DNA of 64,000 bases from Candidatus Moranbacteria bacterium UBA4824. GTDB taxonomy: Bacteria > Patescibacteriota > Minisyncoccia > Moranbacterales > UBA2206. A program made the position numbers and the translations under genes. Positions 62,602-64,000 of this stretch are shown here, piece by piece. Within the stretch, counting starts at the first letter, position 1. Each line of letters opens with the position of its first letter. A model generated the notes under the pieces. The model searched no databases. It was not told the origin of the DNA and saw nothing but the letters and a program-made list of their open reading frames with translations. The stretch spans positions 11,722-75,721 of the forward strand of contig DHFM01000046.1 of assembly GCA_002400405.1 (NCBI GenBank), read 5' to 3'.

Positions 62602-62627
62602 TTTCCTAAAGCTTCGCTTTAGGAAGA
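62602..62627. repeat. REP-like palindrome copy 4 (loop inverted, i.e. opposite orientation) between the RAYT stop and the mutM start
   Basis: ctttcctaaagcttcgctttaggaag. Confidence 0.65.
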
Positions 62628-62632
62628 AAAAT

Positions 62633-63529
62633 ATGCCGGAATTACCTGAGGTACAAACAGTCGTAAGTGACTTAAATGAAAAAATAAAGGGCGACACAAT
62701 TATGGGTTTTTGGAGTGAGTGGGGAAAAGCGATTAAGAATAAGAGCTTAGAGAAATTTAAAAAAGAAATTCAAAACAGAAAAATTTTGGGGGCGAGGAGA
62801 ATTGGAAAAAATATTTTTATTGATCTGTCAGGTGGAAAAACTTTGTATATACATTTGAAGATGACAGGGCATCTTCTAATCAAGGAACAAGAAACAAGAG
62901 ACAAGGAACAAAAAAATCACAAATTACAAAATCCAAAATCAAAAATACAAAATTATTTTTCTGATCGAGTTAATCAATATATTCGACATAAGTTTTATCT
63001 TAAATCTGGACGAACACTGGAATTTTCGGATATGAGGAAGTTTGCGAAGATTGTTTTGAATGATACAGAAAAAATAAATAATTTGAAAGAAATAAAAAAC
63101 TTAGGAATTGATGCACTCGATCCGAAATTTACTTTTAAAAAGTTTCAAGAAATTTTAGGAAAAAAACCCAATTCAAAAATAGGAATAATTTTGATGGATC
63201 AGAACATAATTTCCGGTATTGGTAATATCTATCGCAGTGAAATTTTGTTCGATGCGAAAGTTTTACCAGAAAGAATAGTGAAGTCAATCTCAAAAAAAGA
63301 TTTAGAAAAAATATACAAAGCGATGATAAAAATCCTAAAAAAAGCTGTGAAAATGCGAGGAACTTCCGACTCGGATTATCGTGACACTTCTGGCGCTCCG
63401 GGGAATTTCCAAAAAGTTTTAATGGTGTATAATAAAGAAAAGCAGGAATGCAAAGTTTGTGGTACAATAATTAAAAGAGAAACGCTGGGACAGAGAAGTG
63501 TTTTTATTTGCTCAAGTTGTCAGAAGTAA
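62633..63529 (+). CDS. mutM: Formamidopyrimidine-DNA glycosylase (Fpg/MutM) with low-complexity insert
   Basis: MPELPEV N-terminus. H2TH region. C-terminal zinc finger CKVCGTIIKRETLGQRSVFICSSCQ. K/Q-rich insert KEQETRDKEQKNHKLQNPKSKIQ. Confidence 0.85.
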   Translation: MPELPEVQTVVSDLNEKIKGDTIMGFWSEWGKAIKNKSLEKFKKEIQNRKILGARRIGKNIFIDLSGGKTLYIHLKMTGHLLIKEQETRDKEQKNHKLQNPKSKIQNYFSDRVNQYIRHKFYLKSGRTLEFSDMRKFAKIVLNDTEKINNLKEIKNLGIDALDPKFTFKKFQEILGKKPNSKIGIILMDQNIISGIGNIYRSEILFDAKVLPERIVKSISKKDLEKIYKAMIKILKKAVKMRGTSDSDYRDTSGAPGNFQKVLMVYNKEKQECKVCGTIIKRETLGQRSVFICSSCQK

Positions 63530-63548
63530 TTTTTTATAAATAATTTTA

Positions 63549-63614
63549 ATTTACTAAAGTACGAATCGAGCGAAAGTACGAATTCGTAATTTAGTTTAAT
63601 TAGTATTTTCGTAA
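63549..63614. repeat. Repeat family A copy (near-identical to 7380..7445), ending 1 nt before the next ATG
   Basis: agcgaaagtacgaattcgtaatttagtttaatt(a/c)gtattttcgtaaa shared with the copy at 7380. Confidence 0.65.
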
Positions 63615-63615
63615 A

Positions 63616-64000
63616 TATGACTAAAAAACAAAAAATAATTATTGCTGTTCTTGCGATAGCAATCGTGGCGGGGGGATTTTATTTTTTCAAAAAAACAAAT
63701 ACTTCCAATGTTAAACAAATAGATCTAAATAACACAAAGTCAAATTCAGGCCCAACTAATACTGGGCCAGTGAGTCCAATTTCGGGGTTAAATTGTGAAG
63801 ATTGGAATCGCCGTCCCGTAGCGGTGATGCAACCATCAGACGTGCAAGCTCGTCCGGCCGCTGGTTTTTCCGAGGCGGATATGGTGATTGAACTTCCTGC
63901 TTATACATCTTCCAATACGCGTCTTTTAGGTGTTTATATTTGTAATATTCCTAAAGAAGTCGGCGCCATTAGAAGTGCTCGCCATGATCACATTGCTTTA
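63616..64000 (+). CDS. DUF3048 (YerB-like) lipoprotein/membrane-anchored protein, 5' partial (continues beyond window)
   Basis: N-terminal TM (IIIAVLAIAIVAGGFYFF). RRPVAVMQPSDVQARPAAGFSEADMVIELPAYTSSNTRLLGVYICNIPKEVGAIRSARHDHIAL matches the DUF3048 N-terminal domain. No stop before the window end. Confidence 0.5.

Noticed and set aside
60629-62627. Possible CRISPR array from the repeated 26-bp palindrome
   Set aside because: Only four copies with irregular spacings (about 1.27 kb, 0.23 kb, 0.47 kb). One copy is inside a CDS in-frame, another is in opposite orientation, and there are no short unique spacers. This fits REP/RAYT elements. It does not fit CRISPR.

Overview
This is a low-GC (roughly one-third GC) bacterial chromosome segment with Patescibacteria/CPR-like gene content, and it spans the replication origin. 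The conserved cluster rpmH-rnpA-yidC-jag lies on the minus strand and dnaA-dnaN on the plus strand, with DnaA-box clusters on both sides of dnaA.

From left to right the window holds:
- **1-16.2 kb:** a type-IV-secretion/conjugation-like envelope locus. It contains secreted Asp-rich proteins, a VirB6-like polytopic protein, a PrgI/VirB3-like protein, a VirB4 ATPase split into two ORFs by a palindromic repeat, two CPR-type TrbC/VirB2 pilins (one fused to a lytic-transglycosylase domain), a large surface protein and a CPBP protease.
- **16.3-21.9 kb:** a glycosylation cassette (two O-antigen-ligase-like proteins, two GT2 glycosyltransferases, a Wzx flippase) bracketed by inverted copies of a ~90-bp repeat.
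- **22-30 kb:** the origin region (trxB, an AbiEi/AbiEii pair, a DciA-like DUF721 protein).
- **30.8-37.9 kb:** PBP1A downstream of an unusual operon. It encodes a 7TM protein, a RimK-like ATP-grasp fused to a retropepsin-like domain, a second ATP-grasp and a Mur-ligase-like protein. This is a split cyanophycin-synthetase-like / peptide-tagging system.
- **38-46 kb:** ruvC followed by a small island carrying a high-GC orphan gene and a zeta-toxin-like kinase, bounded by a duplicated ruvC 5' end. Then Fic, a second AbiE pair, yebC and an LTD/PKD surface protein with a (GAA)n-encoded poly-Glu tract.
- **47-64 kb:** ruvB, a tandem-fused double PilB/GspE ATPase (1009 aa), a DHH phosphoesterase, tsaE, cyclophilin, HicB/HicA, polA flanked by two divergent TrmB-like regulators, an IS200-like RAYT-type transposase with REP-like hairpins (one in-frame inside its own ORF), and mutM.

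The window is unusually rich in short structured repeat families, labelled A-J:
- **A (TACGAAT arrays):** sit immediately 5' of several envelope operons.
- **F, J and the REP family:** are inserted in-frame in coding sequences (tsaE, ruvC tail, RAYT, yebC/trxB N-termini).

No rRNA, tRNA or CRISPR array was found.
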